From NCBI GenBank assembly GCA_002104905.1, contig MCFE01000374.1:1-64000 (forward strand): a stretch of 64,000 nt of DNA, given 5' to 3'. The notes under the pieces were generated by a model, which had not been told where the DNA came from, made no database searches, and saw only the letters and a list, made by a program, of their open reading frames with translations. Of this stretch, positions 11,420 to 24,941 are shown piece by piece. The DNA is from Basidiobolus meristosporus CBS 931.73. Lineage: Eukaryota; Fungi; Basidiobolomycota. Both the position numbers and the translations under genes were made by a program. Within the stretch, counting starts at the first letter, position 1. Each line of letters starts with the position of its first letter.

Positions 11420-12568
11420 ACCAAACCAACCGGATGACCTTGATCTTGCTCAGAGCACCATCTATTCCCACAACCAGTTCTCGTGCTGCACAGCTAACTT
11501 CCATGCCCCGCGAGATGTCGTTGATTAGGCAACTGGGTTGCTAACGGTTATGGATCAGACCTTGATCAGACCTGAATCAGACACTTAAGTCACGAACGAA
11601 TCGAAACTCGCGCATCAGATGACCTTGCATCCGTGACCACCGTTTGAATAAGGTTTGCCCAGTGATTTTCCAGCGGTCTAATGTGTGACGGTGCGACTTC
11701 CCCCAGGCAGCCAGACACTCCAGCGATGTACATGGTAGAGTATACTATACCATTAAGTAGTATTGTTATCAGGCTCAAGGGTCGACAAGCCTACACTCCG
11801 GAATAATCCCTCAATCAACACGGTTTCAGCCAAATAACTTAACCAACCACCAATTCATCAGGTGTAATTATGTTGCTAGATCGCTTCATTGGCGGTTAAT
11901 TGTACTTCCACGCCAGTAACCACTAGCTGAGACAGGCAAACCAGTTTGTTATGCAAGCAGCAAACATGCGACGACACACCGAGCATCACCTGCTTTACTT
12001 GCTCTAATACCAGCAAGCAACCCACGGATCATCAAGCACTTTGATAAGTGCAAACAAACCGAATGGAAAGCGCCATCCAACCGGGCCTTCCTTTCACAGT
12101 TGTTTTCGGTGAACTCCACCTTTACACAAGCCACATCTTTATTGGACCATTATTGTTGTGCAACAGTTGGGACACTTTCATACGCTAGGCAAGTAACTCA
12201 CGGAAGGCAAAAATTTTCCTCACTGCGCGTGATTCATTTAACTTGATTTCCCATAATGGGAAAATACCGTTGCAGTCTCTGGACAAGCCTCTCAGCTCTA
12301 CATTGGAGTCCAGTAGCATTTGACAAGGAGCCGCTCATTGCTACAAATCAGGATTGTAGAGATAGCTATGCATTGATGCGATAAGCACCGGCTAAGAAGC
12401 TGTTGACAACTAGCGTTCCCAAACCGCCCGAAACTTTATCGTTCCAAACAACCGAAAAATCAGGAATAAACCAGTTGATCTAGGTGTCGCCTCAACCATA
12501 TATAAATTCCTCACCAGCTTGATCCTTCCCCAAAACTGTGCTTGGTTAATTAGGCCTTCTTGAAGGCA

Positions 12569-13486
12569 ATGAGTAGCAATGAACATGTCTCCATCAATTC
12601 TAGCCTCGAGCTTGTCACCACTGTCTTTTCGCTCCCCTTCATTGTTAGTGACGCCTATGTTACCTACAAGATGGTAAGAAAGGACACCCGCACCATTTAC
12701 AAGCTTAATGCATTGCAAGTGACCTTGCTCTTGATAAACAGCTTGACTCTACTTCTGGTCCATGCCCTGAGCGGCGGAACCTGCTTTTATGTGTTTACAA
12801 TCTACAATATCCTGTCATTTCTTTCCGTAGGGGTCATTTCCTCGATGGCCTTCATTAAAGCGTATCTGTGCATGCGCGCCCCTCGGCTTCTGTTGTATTT
12901 CTTTGTCGCAATCCAGATTGTGCGGGCGGCCTCCATAGTTCAATTCTTCATTGAGCCAGGAATCCAAGGCAATCTCTTGGGCGGCTGTCTCTGGGACAAC
13001 CCTACAGTATGGGTCATTACATTGCTTGGATCCGAAGCGCTTGGCTTTATTTTCTTCACCACCATCACCGTGTATTTCATGAGCCATCAACTTCGTCAAA
13101 AGGGATCCAAGATATACAACATCTTCATCAACGATGGGCTGATCTTCTCGGTGACCATTTCCGCCGTATACATCGTGGCTACAATCCTTCAAAGTCTGGC
13201 CATCATCCAATCAAGTATAAACCTTTATCTGGTGTGGATTGCATGTTCAAAGTTCGCCACCCTGCAGACCCACCATTCCTTCAAGTGGAATCACCGAGAA
13301 ACCTCGGATTTCAACAGCACCATCGTCATCTCGTCCCCACTGGACACGGACGAGACTAAACTCACAAGCAAGGACTATGGCATTCACATGGGGTCCAGCC
13401 GAAGCAGTAGGAGTAGCAATGACTCGGCCAAAGCTGACTTTGTGATCTTGGAGTTGGATAAAGTCCGGCTAACACCGACCAAATAA
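12569..13486 (+). CDS. Orphan seven-transmembrane (GPCR-like) protein, intronless
   Basis: About seven hydrophobic segments, Cys in predicted extracellular loops (GGTCF, GGCLWD), basic intracellular loops (RKDTR, RQKGSK) and an S/T-rich C-tail. First ATG at 12569. Confidence 0.75.
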   Translation: MSSNEHVSINSSLELVTTVFSLPFIVSDAYVTYKMVRKDTRTIYKLNALQVTLLLINSLTLLLVHALSGGTCFYVFTIYNILSFLSVGVISSMAFIKAYLCMRAPRLLLYFFVAIQIVRAASIVQFFIEPGIQGNLLGGCLWDNPTVWVITLLGSEALGFIFFTTITVYFMSHQLRQKGSKIYNIFINDGLIFSVTISAVYIVATILQSLAIIQSSINLYLVWIACSKFATLQTHHSFKWNHRETSDFNSTIVISSPLDTDETKLTSKDYGIHMGSSRSSRSSNDSAKADFVILELDKVRLTPTK

Positions 13487-14507
13487 ACCCCTCTAACCCC
13501 TCTGTATCAATCAGACGTCTTTGCTACACTTTTCTAGGCATTCTCCACTAATTTCGGTTTTCTTAAGCTTGGTCTCACTGTACCATCTCTCATGGCCATT
13601 AGTGTACAACTTTAATAACTTGCTTGTATTTATAATAATAAATAGATGGTCGATAAACTGAGGTAGGATCTGGTTATGCATTCACACGTACACATATCGA
13701 TACTCGCCATTTCGCATTGACGAGATTTGATACATGAAGGAACCAATCACCACGTCAAGCGAGCAGAGTTTTGCTCGTTAACGTAATGATAATCATGTGC
13801 CGATGGTTTCACATAGGAAATATGGGAGCGTGGAGTATTTGGAGAATCTTCTCAGCGGATATAAGCTTATACTCGTCCAAAGAGTGGAATCTCAACGTTG
13901 AAATACCATCTTGACATTACATTATAAGTACGCCATCATGGAAGACAAGATCTATGATGCATCGAATGGGCTACGATTGGTCGCGGTGCTTGATGGAAGC
14001 ACACCACTCCCAACGTTTCCCTAGTGAACTGATCTGCTGAATCGTGATCCGGAAAACACCGCTGGCTCACTAAGAGATGTGTTCTGGTTTATTTTGCTCC
14101 CATGGTTCCAATGATCATGCGAAACGATGTGATATTTCGGTATTCCCAGTCACCTAATGAATAGCACAGGTATGTAACATTCCAGCGGTTGCATTCATAC
14201 CACTCAATGTTTCATAATTCGCCCCAAATCCTATTATGCTTAAAACCTGGCCAATTATGGGGTTTCGAATAGTAATTCCCAGTCTAGTGATCAGCCCGAG
14301 CCTTTCTATTAATGACCGACTCAATCATGATCATCATATTCGATAATGAAACATCCACCTTGCTCGTCTTTTTCGATACAAACTATATCCTGTTTGCATC
14401 ATGTCAAAAATTTCGTCGACAGAAGTTTAGGGGAAAATGCTTAGATTTATTCAGTCTTTGGTTTAGACTACCAGCATGCATTTAATCAATCAAAGGTTTT
14501 GGGTGAT

Positions 14508-15246
14508 TTAAGCAAGAAGGGCATCCTTCTTGGCTTGAATGCGCTCAGCACGGCGATCACGGGCGGCCTTAGCCTTGAGGCGATGAGCCTCAGCTTGATC
14601 AGCGATGAGCTTAGCTCTGAGCTTCTCAGCCTTAGCCTTGTGAATGAACTCCATCAACACACGCTTGTTCTTGAAAACATTACCCTTGGACTTCATGTAG
14701 AGAGAGTGGTACAAGTGCTTGTCGATCTTGCCGGATTCACGGTACTTTCTCAACATACGACGCAAGACACGTTGGCGACGCATCCAGAGGACCTGGGTAG
14801 GCATACGGGCTTCGGCAGTACCTCTGCGCTTACCGGTACCAGTGTGACGACCCTTACGCTTAGCAGCAAGCTTCTCGCGGACTCTGAAGCGAGAGTGAAC
14901 AACTTGGGGCTTCTTAATGATGAGACCATCCTTAATGAGCTTTCTGATGTTTTGGCCTTTGGGAATAAGGAGTTCAACGGTTAATGGATAAAGCACTCAG
15001 ATTGCGGGGTGGGAAAGTCGAGCTCTTACGGGAGTTGGCATTGCCGATTTCGTTGACCTCGTTAGGATCAATCCAAACTTTTCTTTTACCGCACTTGAGT
15101 ACGCTGGCGGCCAAACGTTTCTGACTGCTCAAAGAAACCCTAAGTTGCCAAACAGATGGATGGGTGAGTCGGATGGGTTGGATGATGTGAAGGTGGATAT
15201 TTGGCTGCAACTGGCTGTCGCTTTCTTCCTTGAAAAATACTTACAT
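14508..15246 (-). CDS. RPL19: 60S ribosomal protein L19 (eL19), 3 exons; start codon split by intron 1
   Basis: [28 protein letters not shown]...ANSR|[13 protein letters not shown]...HSRFR...[14 protein letters not shown]...[10 protein letters not shown]...[16 protein letters not shown]. Confidence 0.98.
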
Positions 15247-16257
15247 TGTAATAAGAGCAACCTGTCAGGTTAGAAGGAAGAGAAAGAAATTGTATGTGAT
15301 GAGGTCGTTTTTAATCATCGATATTGCTCCCTTGGGAGGTCCAATCAAATCCGATCAAGCCCTCATTTTGATTATATTTTTCTCAATTATTGACAATGTC
15401 ACTTAATCTATGTATCCTTTCTTTCCCGGCGATAACCGTAATCACCGATCACTTTCGGCTGCGGCCGAATCGACAAGTATGTCATGGTTCCTACACGGAG
15501 GGAAGTTGAGGTACACAAAAACTCGGTGAGCAGTGAAAAGGGAAATGGTGGATTCGAGCAATGAAGGCAGTAGAGAAAACCACCTGTGCTTAGCCCTAAC
15601 CTGACGACAATATTCAAGACAATGTTATGTCTGGGGCCGGGAATGGCAATAATTATATTTGGAAACCAACACCATGCAGGAAAGAGGAATTCGCCATGTT
15701 CTGACCAATGGTCCAATTAATCTCCCTGCTACTGCGGAGTAAGCAAAGACAGTCCAGTTTGGTACAAAAAGTAGGATTGTCAAGCATGGATCGAACAAGT
15801 CACTGAGGGCACTCGGAAATCTTATTTCCCTTTTTAATTAAGAATTTACCGGACTCGGAGAAGGAAATTCATATTATTAATACCAATGCATAGAAGCTGC
15901 CTAAAATTCCAGTCAAGTCCACCGGGTATGACTAATTAATCCATTCGAGCTGGCTCCTAAAACTGCTCAAAACACTGGTGATTCTGTCCTCAAGTACACC
16001 AGGCCATCTATTGGCTCAACAAATTCCACATGACATTATCCAATCAACCTTGAGGCGTGGTTAACTATATCTGAATCTGGCCGATTTACAACGTTCCTCT
16101 TGAATCTCTACTCACTGAACATCTCAACTGATAAGCTCAAATCATAAGGTTCTATTCTCCTCTAGGCCTAGTGTTGTTCTATTTCACTCGTAACGAGTTT
16201 TTCTTTCTTCTACTTCACACACTATCTAGAATATTGCCCCAACCTCGATCAGCAGCT

Positions 16258-17707
16258 ATGAATGATACTCTAGCTTATCAGTTTCAATTCATACAAAATG
16301 AGCCCAATACTCCGACAATTCTTGAGTCCTCCATTGCTCACAACCAGTTGGACAACATTGAGGATTATTTGAAACGAAAGAATGACACCGAGTTCCAAAA
16401 GACTCCCGCTAAACACAATCGTATGTAATGCATATACGCTAAGCTTTGGCCTTGATTTTTAACTCTGATCGTAGATCAAGAAGAGAAACACAGCAAGGGA
16501 GCTGACTCCCCTGAAGGTAGTTCACTCGTTTGCCACTTGAAGTAGTAAAGCTTTGCTGAACCTCTACCCTAGACAAATCGAAACCTGCCCCTAAGAAGCC
16601 TGGACGCAAACCTATAACCACAATGCCAGTAGATGTAATTTTCTCCCTTTTTTTCTCTTTTTCCGCTCCAGGCTGAACCATTTCCCCAACAAACAGAAAA
16701 GAAAAGCACAGAACCGTGCGGCTCAGCGAGCGTTCAGAGAGCGCAAGGATAACTACTTAAAGGAGTTGGAGACTAGAGTGAAAGAGCTGGAAGAGAGCAA
16801 CGACAAAAACTCCGAGGAGAACGCGAAGCTTAGAAAGATCCTGGAGGAGGTGAAGGCCGAGAACGTACTGCTCAAAGGCAACTTTACATTTCAGCCACCA
16901 AACAATGCGCTGGACGGCGCACCTACTTTGGTTGACTTGCTTAAAAATGCAGACAACTCTCAATCGGCGTCACCAATATTCAGCCCCGCCACATTCCCTT
17001 GGACACCCACATCCAATTCAGGCGAAATCAACTTCATCCACAATTCACAGTCGCCAGAAAACCTGGGATTAAGTTCGAGTGATGATCGTTCCCCCTTCAA
17101 CGAAGCATCCCCTCATATATTGCAGATAGCCACCCCCAAAACCAACTCCATCTTAAATCCAAACCAACAGCCCGCCATGTTCCAACAGCCTATTCATGAG
17201 TCGAGTTTCTTTGCTCCTATCGGGGAGATCGTCGATGATCCATTGATTTCAGTTCCTCAGGAATTCGCCTCTCCACAAATATATGACACCACTGGAGAGC
17301 CAAACCTAAACCTGCCCTTTAGCTTTTCTGATTACAGAGATCCTTCAGCTGGCGTATATGACGAGAATATTGCTGGGGACTTATCTGCGTTGCCTGTCTT
17401 TTATGAAGAGGGTTGGAATGATGAATTCAATGAGCAACTGAGTGAGCAGCTGTTTAGTCCAGTTCAAACATCATCCGATGTTGCGAATGTGGCGGACTCT
17501 CCAGTGCTGCCGGCCCCCGAAGTACCCGGGGTGAGTCCGGATGACTCTGAGATCCATATAAGCTTAGAGGATTGCAAGGTCCTAGAGCACGCCAGCTTGC
17601 CGCTTGACTTCGACATCAGCCTGCTGTGTGATGCGTTACGAAAGAAAGCTACTTGCGGTGGTCGTGTTCCTTGCCCCGAGAAGGCTGATCCGCTAGCACA
17701 ATTGTAA
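16258..17707 (+). CDS. Yap1/Pap1-like AP-1 bZIP transcription factor, 4 exons
   Basis: Spliced KKPGRKP then KRKAQNRAAQRAFRERKDNYLKELE (Yap-type basic region). C-terminal LPLDFDISLLCDALRKKATCG resembles the Yap1/Pap1 C-terminal cysteine-rich/NES domain. Confidence 0.88.
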
Positions 17708-18244
17708 AATTCTAGAATATGGCCTAAAGGGAAAATACCATGCTGAGCACAGCGTACGGGCTCCCCAATCTATTGTTAGACGTCGTGGAGCCTAGTAATT
17801 GCGTAATATATCCTAGCTTAATAATAATCATTTAACCAACCCACCCGTTATTTTATTGACTGGAGGTAGTCCCACGCAAGTTCCCCCCACAACTGGACTA
17901 TCTCCTTGTTTGCATGGGGTATTGGCTTGACTAGGTATGATCCTCTCGCTACTTCATCATAGTATTGTTGTCTCTTGAGTCAAGATGCGTGCCTTCAGCG
18001 GCATGCCATGGTAGTTTAGTACAGAATATGTTGTTTCTTTCAACCCCAATCGATAAACTCGCTTTTCCTTCTTTTATTTGGTTCATATTCCGGGATCGGA
18101 TGGGTTGTACGGATGTGGGTGTAGGTGAGTGTGAGCGTGCGAGATGTCATGTGTGCAAATCAATCACAGCCCCTGTGGTCAAACGACCAGCAAACATCAG
18201 GTTTCCTTTCCGAGAGCATCGTTGCTGCCAAACACAACGCATGA

Positions 18245-19666
18245 TTACACGGCTGTCGCGGCGTCCCGTTGCTTCTTGAGGATGTTGGTGATGTAGAATT
18301 CGCCGGCTTTGTATGACGAACGAACCAGAGGGCCGCTAGCAACATATTTGAATCCGAGCTCTTCACCGATCTTGGCCCAGTGGTCGAATTTCTCTGGAGG
18401 GATGTACTCCGTCACCTTCATGTGCCTCTTGGTGGGACGCATGTATTGGCCAAGAGTTAGGCAGTCTACGTCAACATTGCGAAGATCTTCGCGGGGGGGG
18501 GGTGGGGTGGAATTGTATCAATACGTGGTTCCTGGTGTGGGTCGAGGATGAATGGAAGTACCTTTCATGGTTTGAAGAACCTCATCGTCCGTCTCTCCGA
18601 GCCCCAACATCACCGAGGTCTTGGTAAACAGGGAGGGGACGGTTTTCTTGGCATGCTCCAGAACCGCAAGGGATTGTCTGTACTTGGCACGACGGTCGCG
18701 AACGTAGGGTGTGAGCCCTTCCACCGTTTCCAGGTTGTGTGCGTAGACATCCAGGCCCGAGTTGGCCACGATGCCAACGTGTTCCAGGTTCCCCTGGAAA
18801 TCGCCAGTCAAGCATTCGACCAGCACGTGGGACGCTTTCTCCTTGATCTTGCGTATGGTGCTGGCGAAATGTTCCGCTCCGCCGTCCGGAAGGTCGTCAC
18901 GGTCAACCGACGTCAGCACGACGTAGTCGAGTCCCCATCTCTTGATCGCCTCCGCGGTGTTCTCCGGCTCTTTCGAGTCCAGAGGTTTTGGCTTGCGGTT
19001 GGTTTTGACGGAGCAGAAGCGACAACCGCGGGTGCACTCGTCACCCATTAGCTAGATTTTCGGGGGGGGTGTGTGTGTTAGGGGTGGGTTTTGGGGAGAG
19101 GTCAGAGAGGAGACGTACCATAATGGTGGCAGTGGCAGTTTGGTGTTCGCCACCGCCCCAACAGTCCCCGACGTTCGGGCACCTGGCCTCCTCGCAGACG
19201 GTGTGCAGCTTCAGATCCCTCAGGTTTCTTTTGATCTTCGCGAAGTTCACTCCGACCGGGATTTCGGTCTTGAGCCACGGGGGTAGCCTCTGCTTGCTTG
19301 GTTTCCGAATGGTCCCTTCTGGTTAATTCTCTCGAAAATGGGGGTGGAGGATGGAAGAAAAACCTACGGTTTCCTGGCGCCTGAAGGCAGCCCCGGTTCC
19401 TTCAGTTCGAACGCCTCTTCCGGGGAGAGTTTCGTGGAGTCGCCAAGGAACTCTTCCAGGGAGGGGCCCTCGGTCAGCTTCTTGGTGAAGCCGGTGAGCG
19501 AAGGGGCTTGCTTGACGGTGGTAAGCGTGCGAAATTGATTCTAGGGTTGGTTCAAATGGTATCAGTAACGCACAATTGGCTATCAGATTCTTAGGGGGAC
19601 GATGTCAATTACCCCGAGTGAACGGGTCAGAATCGAGGTGGTCGGTGTGCTCAGGAAGCGAGACAT
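18245..19666 (-). CDS. LIP5: Mitochondrial lipoyl synthase (radical SAM), multi-exon
   Basis: Targeting peptide [18 protein letters not shown]; LPPWLKT; [17 protein letters not shown]; [12 protein letters not shown]; [10 protein letters not shown]; [14 protein letters not shown]. Confidence 0.97.
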
Positions 19667-20564
19667 AACGCTATTTAAAAAGAGAAGCTTGGTGAGGTTC
19701 AGAGATTTCGACCGAAATATATCATCCACACCCGATATCTCCCCGAAGCTAGACACCGATCGAAATGTGGTGGAGGAAATTTTCGGTGTCCAAGCTAGGC
19801 ACTTCTTTCGAACCTCACTCCATCCCCCATGCCATTTCCGAACCTCGCTACCAAAAGTTTACCCGATGATCAGAGTAACCAAACTAAATCCATCTCAGCC
19901 ACTGGTTTCCGTCACTTGCCATCCTCTCTGGTTTATGCTGCTGTGCTACTATGTTGACCACCCTCGATGCCCCGTTGCTCAACGTATATGGGCTCGATTT
20001 GGCCATTTTGGATCCCTTATCTTTACCATTCGGAATGATGACAAATTTTCATCCTATCTCTCCCCCCTCTCGCCGCTTCGAATAGCTCTAGACCGTCTCA
20101 TGGTGATTGTAGGGCCAATGAGTCGTCTACGTCCTGTAGAGCATTTACGTCCATTTACCGAGTCTCCACTCTACAGCATAGCGAAGATAGCCTCCAGTGC
20201 TCAAGGAACCCCCACAGATTGCTGAAGACTGTGATCAGCAACAGTGCTGCGATGATTGGGTGACTGCTTGTGATTTTCACATGCCGCTGACTGCTAACAA
20301 ATGCGACCATCCGCTAATCCGGAATGCCGTCGACGGCTGGGATTCTCACATGGATTTATTCATAAAATGCCTCATTAGATGTAAATAGGTACAAGGTGAA
20401 GATGGGGTTGGGGTTGACTGAGCTGGTGGACAGCAGACCACCGCCTCGATGAAGTATACGTAAGAAGCGAGTATTAAACTACCAAAATGTAACTGCAACG
20501 GAGACCGGAAAGTGGAACAAACGTTGCCAAGATAAAGTATTTTAAATAGCCCCCCAAAAGTCGG

Positions 20565-22078
20565 TCACGATCTCGAGGCCGCCGGCCGCCTGGAGCCATC
20601 TGCGGTGGACTCCTGCGGTGCGGCCCCGGCGGGCACGTTCACCCGACAACTGGACGCCGCATTCAGGCTAGGTACAATCGGCCTCGCTGGATATTGGTGG
20701 ACAGAGTCCTCAGGTATGCCGCCACCAAAATACCTGCCATTCCCTCCATCATAGGCTGGGTTGGTTCCAAAATTAAATCCGTACATATACCCATGTGCTC
20801 CCGGCACTGGATTGGCCTCGCCCGCCACTGGTCGCGGCGGTGGTGGCTGGTGTTGATGTGGTTGATGACCGTTATGCAAAGTGTACATTCCTCCATTCTG
20901 AGTGCCCTCTAGTCGTCGCTGCAGAGTGTTGGCCTTGTTTTTGAGCCGCTGGTTTTTGCGCTCTAGACGCTTGATAAAGTCCACCGCCTTGAAGAGTATT
21001 GTGGACTTGCTGTTGTTCATGTCTCGAAGGGATGGCACGATCTCCGTCAGATCACGGAACCCGGACCGAATCATATTGCGTCGCTTTTGCTCCGAGGCGA
21101 TGTGGTTGGCCCTCTTCTCCTCCTCCGTTAGTAGTTCTTTGTTGCCCTTGCGTGAGCGGTCTGACTTCGGGGTGTCCTCCTTCAGTTGGTCCATGGCGCT
21201 TGGCGTGGGTGACTGCGAGTTCTGCCCGGTCTCCTGGTTCGAGTCGTTGTTCATGCTCGAGCGCGACTCGGGGCCAGCTTCCCTGATGGGCTTGCTAGTC
21301 TCGTGCTCTTTCTTCATGGAATACTTGCGTGGCTTGATGTCGCTGCCTTTCCGTTTGGCCGGGATGATGGGGCTGATCTGATTGGCGATATCCGTGTTGA
21401 TATGCAATGGTAAGGCTATGGATGAGCTGCGCTTGATGGGCTTGGGGGGAGGGGAGTGGATATTCGTCGGCGTGAGGGCTTGGAGCGTGTGGCTATCGAC
21501 AGGCGAGGGCATTCCGGAATGGTGGTTCATGAATAAACTGGAGGGTGTGGTGGGGGCAGGAGTCGGTGTACCATGCATGCTAGGTTCTCTAGAATGTTGG
21601 TGGAGCATATCGTAGAGCGAAGAGTGTACAGCGGATTTGTGTTGAGATTTCTCCATGGGAAACGTGTGGGGATGACTAGTGGAAGGTCCAGGGGTGAAGT
21701 AGTGGGCGTTGTCAAGGGTGGGCGGTAGCGGATTCTCCGTGAAGAGGTTTTCCTCGAAAAAGATGTTGTCTAAGAAGTTGTCAAAAAACCGCTGCTCCGT
21801 TTCGTCAAAAAGCTTGGTGTTGGGGTTGGTGGCGGATCTAAGGGAGGGAGAAGAGGGGAGTGTTGCTAGGTCTTCCTCCGTCAAACCGAGTTGATGTCCA
21901 AGCTCTGGTGAGCAAGAATGACGGTTAGACAAGTATTGGGCATTCCGTGAACAAGGAAATTACCTCGGAGCTCTTGAGCCAAGTGTACGGATATCGAAGG
22001 GTCTGGAAGCGTAGCCAAGGGATGTGATGGGATCGGCGGTGGTGAGATAGAAGGGGGAGCGAGTACTCCATGATTCAT
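20565..22078 (-). CDS. bHLH-ZIP transcription factor (Ino4/MLX-like); 5' end uncertain
   Basis: EEKRANHIASEQKRRNMIRSGFRDLTEIVPSL...SKSTILFKAVDFIKRLE followed by a zipper. GT-AG intron near 21905-21962; nearest in-frame ATG upstream is at 22078. Confidence 0.85.
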
Positions 22079-23226
22079 AGATTCCAACGGCGAAGGAGAG
22101 TGCAATTGCGAATGGTGAGGATAAGAATGGTATGCGGGGTGGTAAAGCCCAACGTTTGCATTCTGTGAGGGAGGTTTGTTGTTGGCATTCAACGGAAGTT
22201 TTGAGGGTTGGCGATGTTCGATGGATAATACCCAGAATTGTTCATTGCTATGTTACGATTGGTGTGGTTCATTGTTGGAGGATATATAGTAACTTCACAG
22301 GGTATTGACAAAGAGCGATAAAATAATGGAGGGGGAAGAATAGAGAGAATCAGACTCAATCAATCAGTTGAAGCAAGTATCTATCCAACAATCGACAGAG
22401 AGGAGGGGTTGTGGGCTCTACCGTATGAGTTGAGGGAATTTTGCAGGTTAACTAACTCTGAAGCCAAGGGTTTGGCTATATGCGAGTGTTGTAAAGGTAG
22501 CACTAAGCAGAGTTGATGAAAATGGCGAAGTAAAAATTGAGCACCAAAAGGACGGGGTGTGCTTAAGACTTCACCCAACTGTGCCCTGCCATTGGTGCAA
22601 CAATCACCATTTTTGGATGTCCTATAATGTTCACGTCTCAGACAGTGGGAAAATGATGTTGGTTAGCTAAATCTTAAAATATGCAAAACAACCCAAATAT
22701 TAAGTGGATTCTAGGATCCCATTTTCACATGATTTTGGAAAACAATTGTTGGTTTAGAGTGTGGAATCGGCCAAGCGTGACATAATGTTTGTGGAATACA
22801 CAACTGAAGGCGCTTCTATCTAGTTGGCTCACAAGGTTATGGTGCTTGCGATCAATCTTACAAACTTGAAACCTGATTCGACATGAAAGCCCGATAAAAT
22901 ATTTCTTCAAATGTTACATCAAATAATTGATGTGGGAACAGTTGCTGTGTGTTTCCAGTGTTTTGTCAATGTTCTCTCCACTGTTTGTTGGCTGGTGGCT
23001 GCAGGCACTGGATTGGCCCAACTATTGCACACTTGCCGAGATACCGAGAGATGCTCAGCCATGTAGGAATGTTTCATATAAGGAAAAGCATTGATTTATT
23101 TGAAGCGTGAATGTCCGTTTTATGTCATTCGTTACTTTTACCTAGGATAGCGAATTAAGCTTAAAGTATACATAAATTGATACTCTTCCCTACTTTGACA
23201 TAGAACTCTTTCTACAATAAAGTCAC

Positions 23227-24941
23227 ATGCTTTCATTTCCACATGCTACTTCTTCAATACGAAGGAGACATTCAATAGTGTTTCTGTGTGCTTTGAGCGT
23301 AATCATAAGTTATGCAGGTTTGGACAGCAACTAATTAACTTCAGGAGAGGACATTCTGTTAACTGGTAAATACTTCATTCCAGATCGCTCCAACATTTCC
23401 ATCGCTATCATACCTATGTCAGAAGAGTATTCATGGTCGTCTACAACACAGGGCCTCATACTGTCGGCCTTCTTTTACGGTTATATCTGTACTCAAGTTC
23501 TGGGAGGTTTTTTAGCGGATAAATTCGGAGGAAAGAGTGTCCTAGCTTTAGGTATGTAAAATTTTCAAGTTTTAGTGCTGGGAACACATACTCAATGGAA
23601 AACCATATAAAGGTGCCTTTTTATGGTCCCTTTTCACGCTGGCTACACCTTGGGTAGCTCACCACGTGTTCCTTCTATTTGCCTGTCGAATGCTGCTCGG
23701 TGCTGGAGAAGGTTTGTTAAGCATCATAGCCTCTTCTCAAAGCACATTCTAAATAGGATTCCTCTTGTTTCAAAGGTCTCGGGTTTCCAGCAATCCACTC
23801 TTTAATAGCACAATGGATTCCGCATCATGAGAGCTCTCGCGCAGTAGCTACCGTCACTGCTGCATCGTATGCTGGGGCAATTCTAGCACTCCTGATATCT
23901 GCGCCTATTGCGGCTTCGTCTCTTGGCTGGAAATGGATTTTCTACATTTTCGCAATTATGGGTTTCGGATGGAACATCCCGTGGTACATATTTGGCGCTA
24001 GCACCCCAGATCAATGCTCCGAACTCTCATCATTGAGATCCATGTACGATGGCAAGAAAGATAACCAGATCCCATCGTACACGCCCCTAGGGGGTGACCT
24101 GGAGTCAGTGACCGAGGGAGGAGAGGAGTACCATAGAGACTTGGACAGCTCTAAGGCTGTGGGTGAAGAAGAGGTTCTAGTGCAGAACAACCAGCAGCGA
24201 TTGGATAACAGGATTCCCTGGTGTAAGATCTTGCGAGCAAAAGAAGTCTGGGCTATATTGATCAACCAGTTTTGTAATTCCTGGGGATTTTACGTGCTTT
24301 TGAGTTGGTTGCCTACGTATTACAAGGACGTATTCAATGTAGACTTGAATGAATTGGGCTATTTCTCAGGTACGTAGTTGGCTCAAGCTCTATCAGATTT
24401 CGTTTCTCACTATTGTCCTCAGTTTTGCCGTATATTGTACAAGGATTAGTTGGTCTAGCCAGTGGGTTTATTGGTGATTATGCAATTTATAGATTGGGGA
24501 TACCTGTGGTTACTGTCCGTCGGGTTGCCCAGTGTGTCGGGATGCTGGGCCCAGGGGTGTTTCTCCTATTAGCGGGCTATACTGCCACTTCAGTTACCAT
24601 CGGCATGGTTTATATATCCCTCGCATTAGGTTTCAACTCGCTCACTTTAATTGGTGTTTCCATTTCGCAGTTGGATATTGCTCCTAGGTTTGCTGGAATC
24701 ATCTTTGGGATTGGGAACACTGCTGCTACACTTCCTGGTGGGTTACTGAGTAGTAAATTTCATTGCTTAGCTATTTCCCTGACAAACCATCATCAGGTAT
24801 TCTAGGGTAACAGTGACTGGGCTTTTACTAGAGTCCAAAGAAGCGTGGCCGCTTGTTTTTGGATTGGCCGCAAGCTTCTATTTTGTTGGGGCCTGGACAT
24901 GGCTTTTCTGGGGTGGAGGAAGTCAAATTGTTATACCATAG
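23227..24941 (+). CDS. MFS anion:cation symporter (SLC17/PHT4-like), multi-exon
   Basis: Spliced ISYA|DRSNISIAIIPM; QGLILSAFFYGYICTQVLGGFLADKFGGK; WGFYVLLSWLPTYY; DIAPRFAGIIFGIGNTAATLPG; ends WLFWGGGSQIVIP*. Confidence 0.9.

Noticed and set aside
19602-20225. 207-aa ORF upstream of LIP5
   Set aside because: It overlaps LIP5 exon 1 antisense and its promoter, and has no recognisable domain or codon bias.
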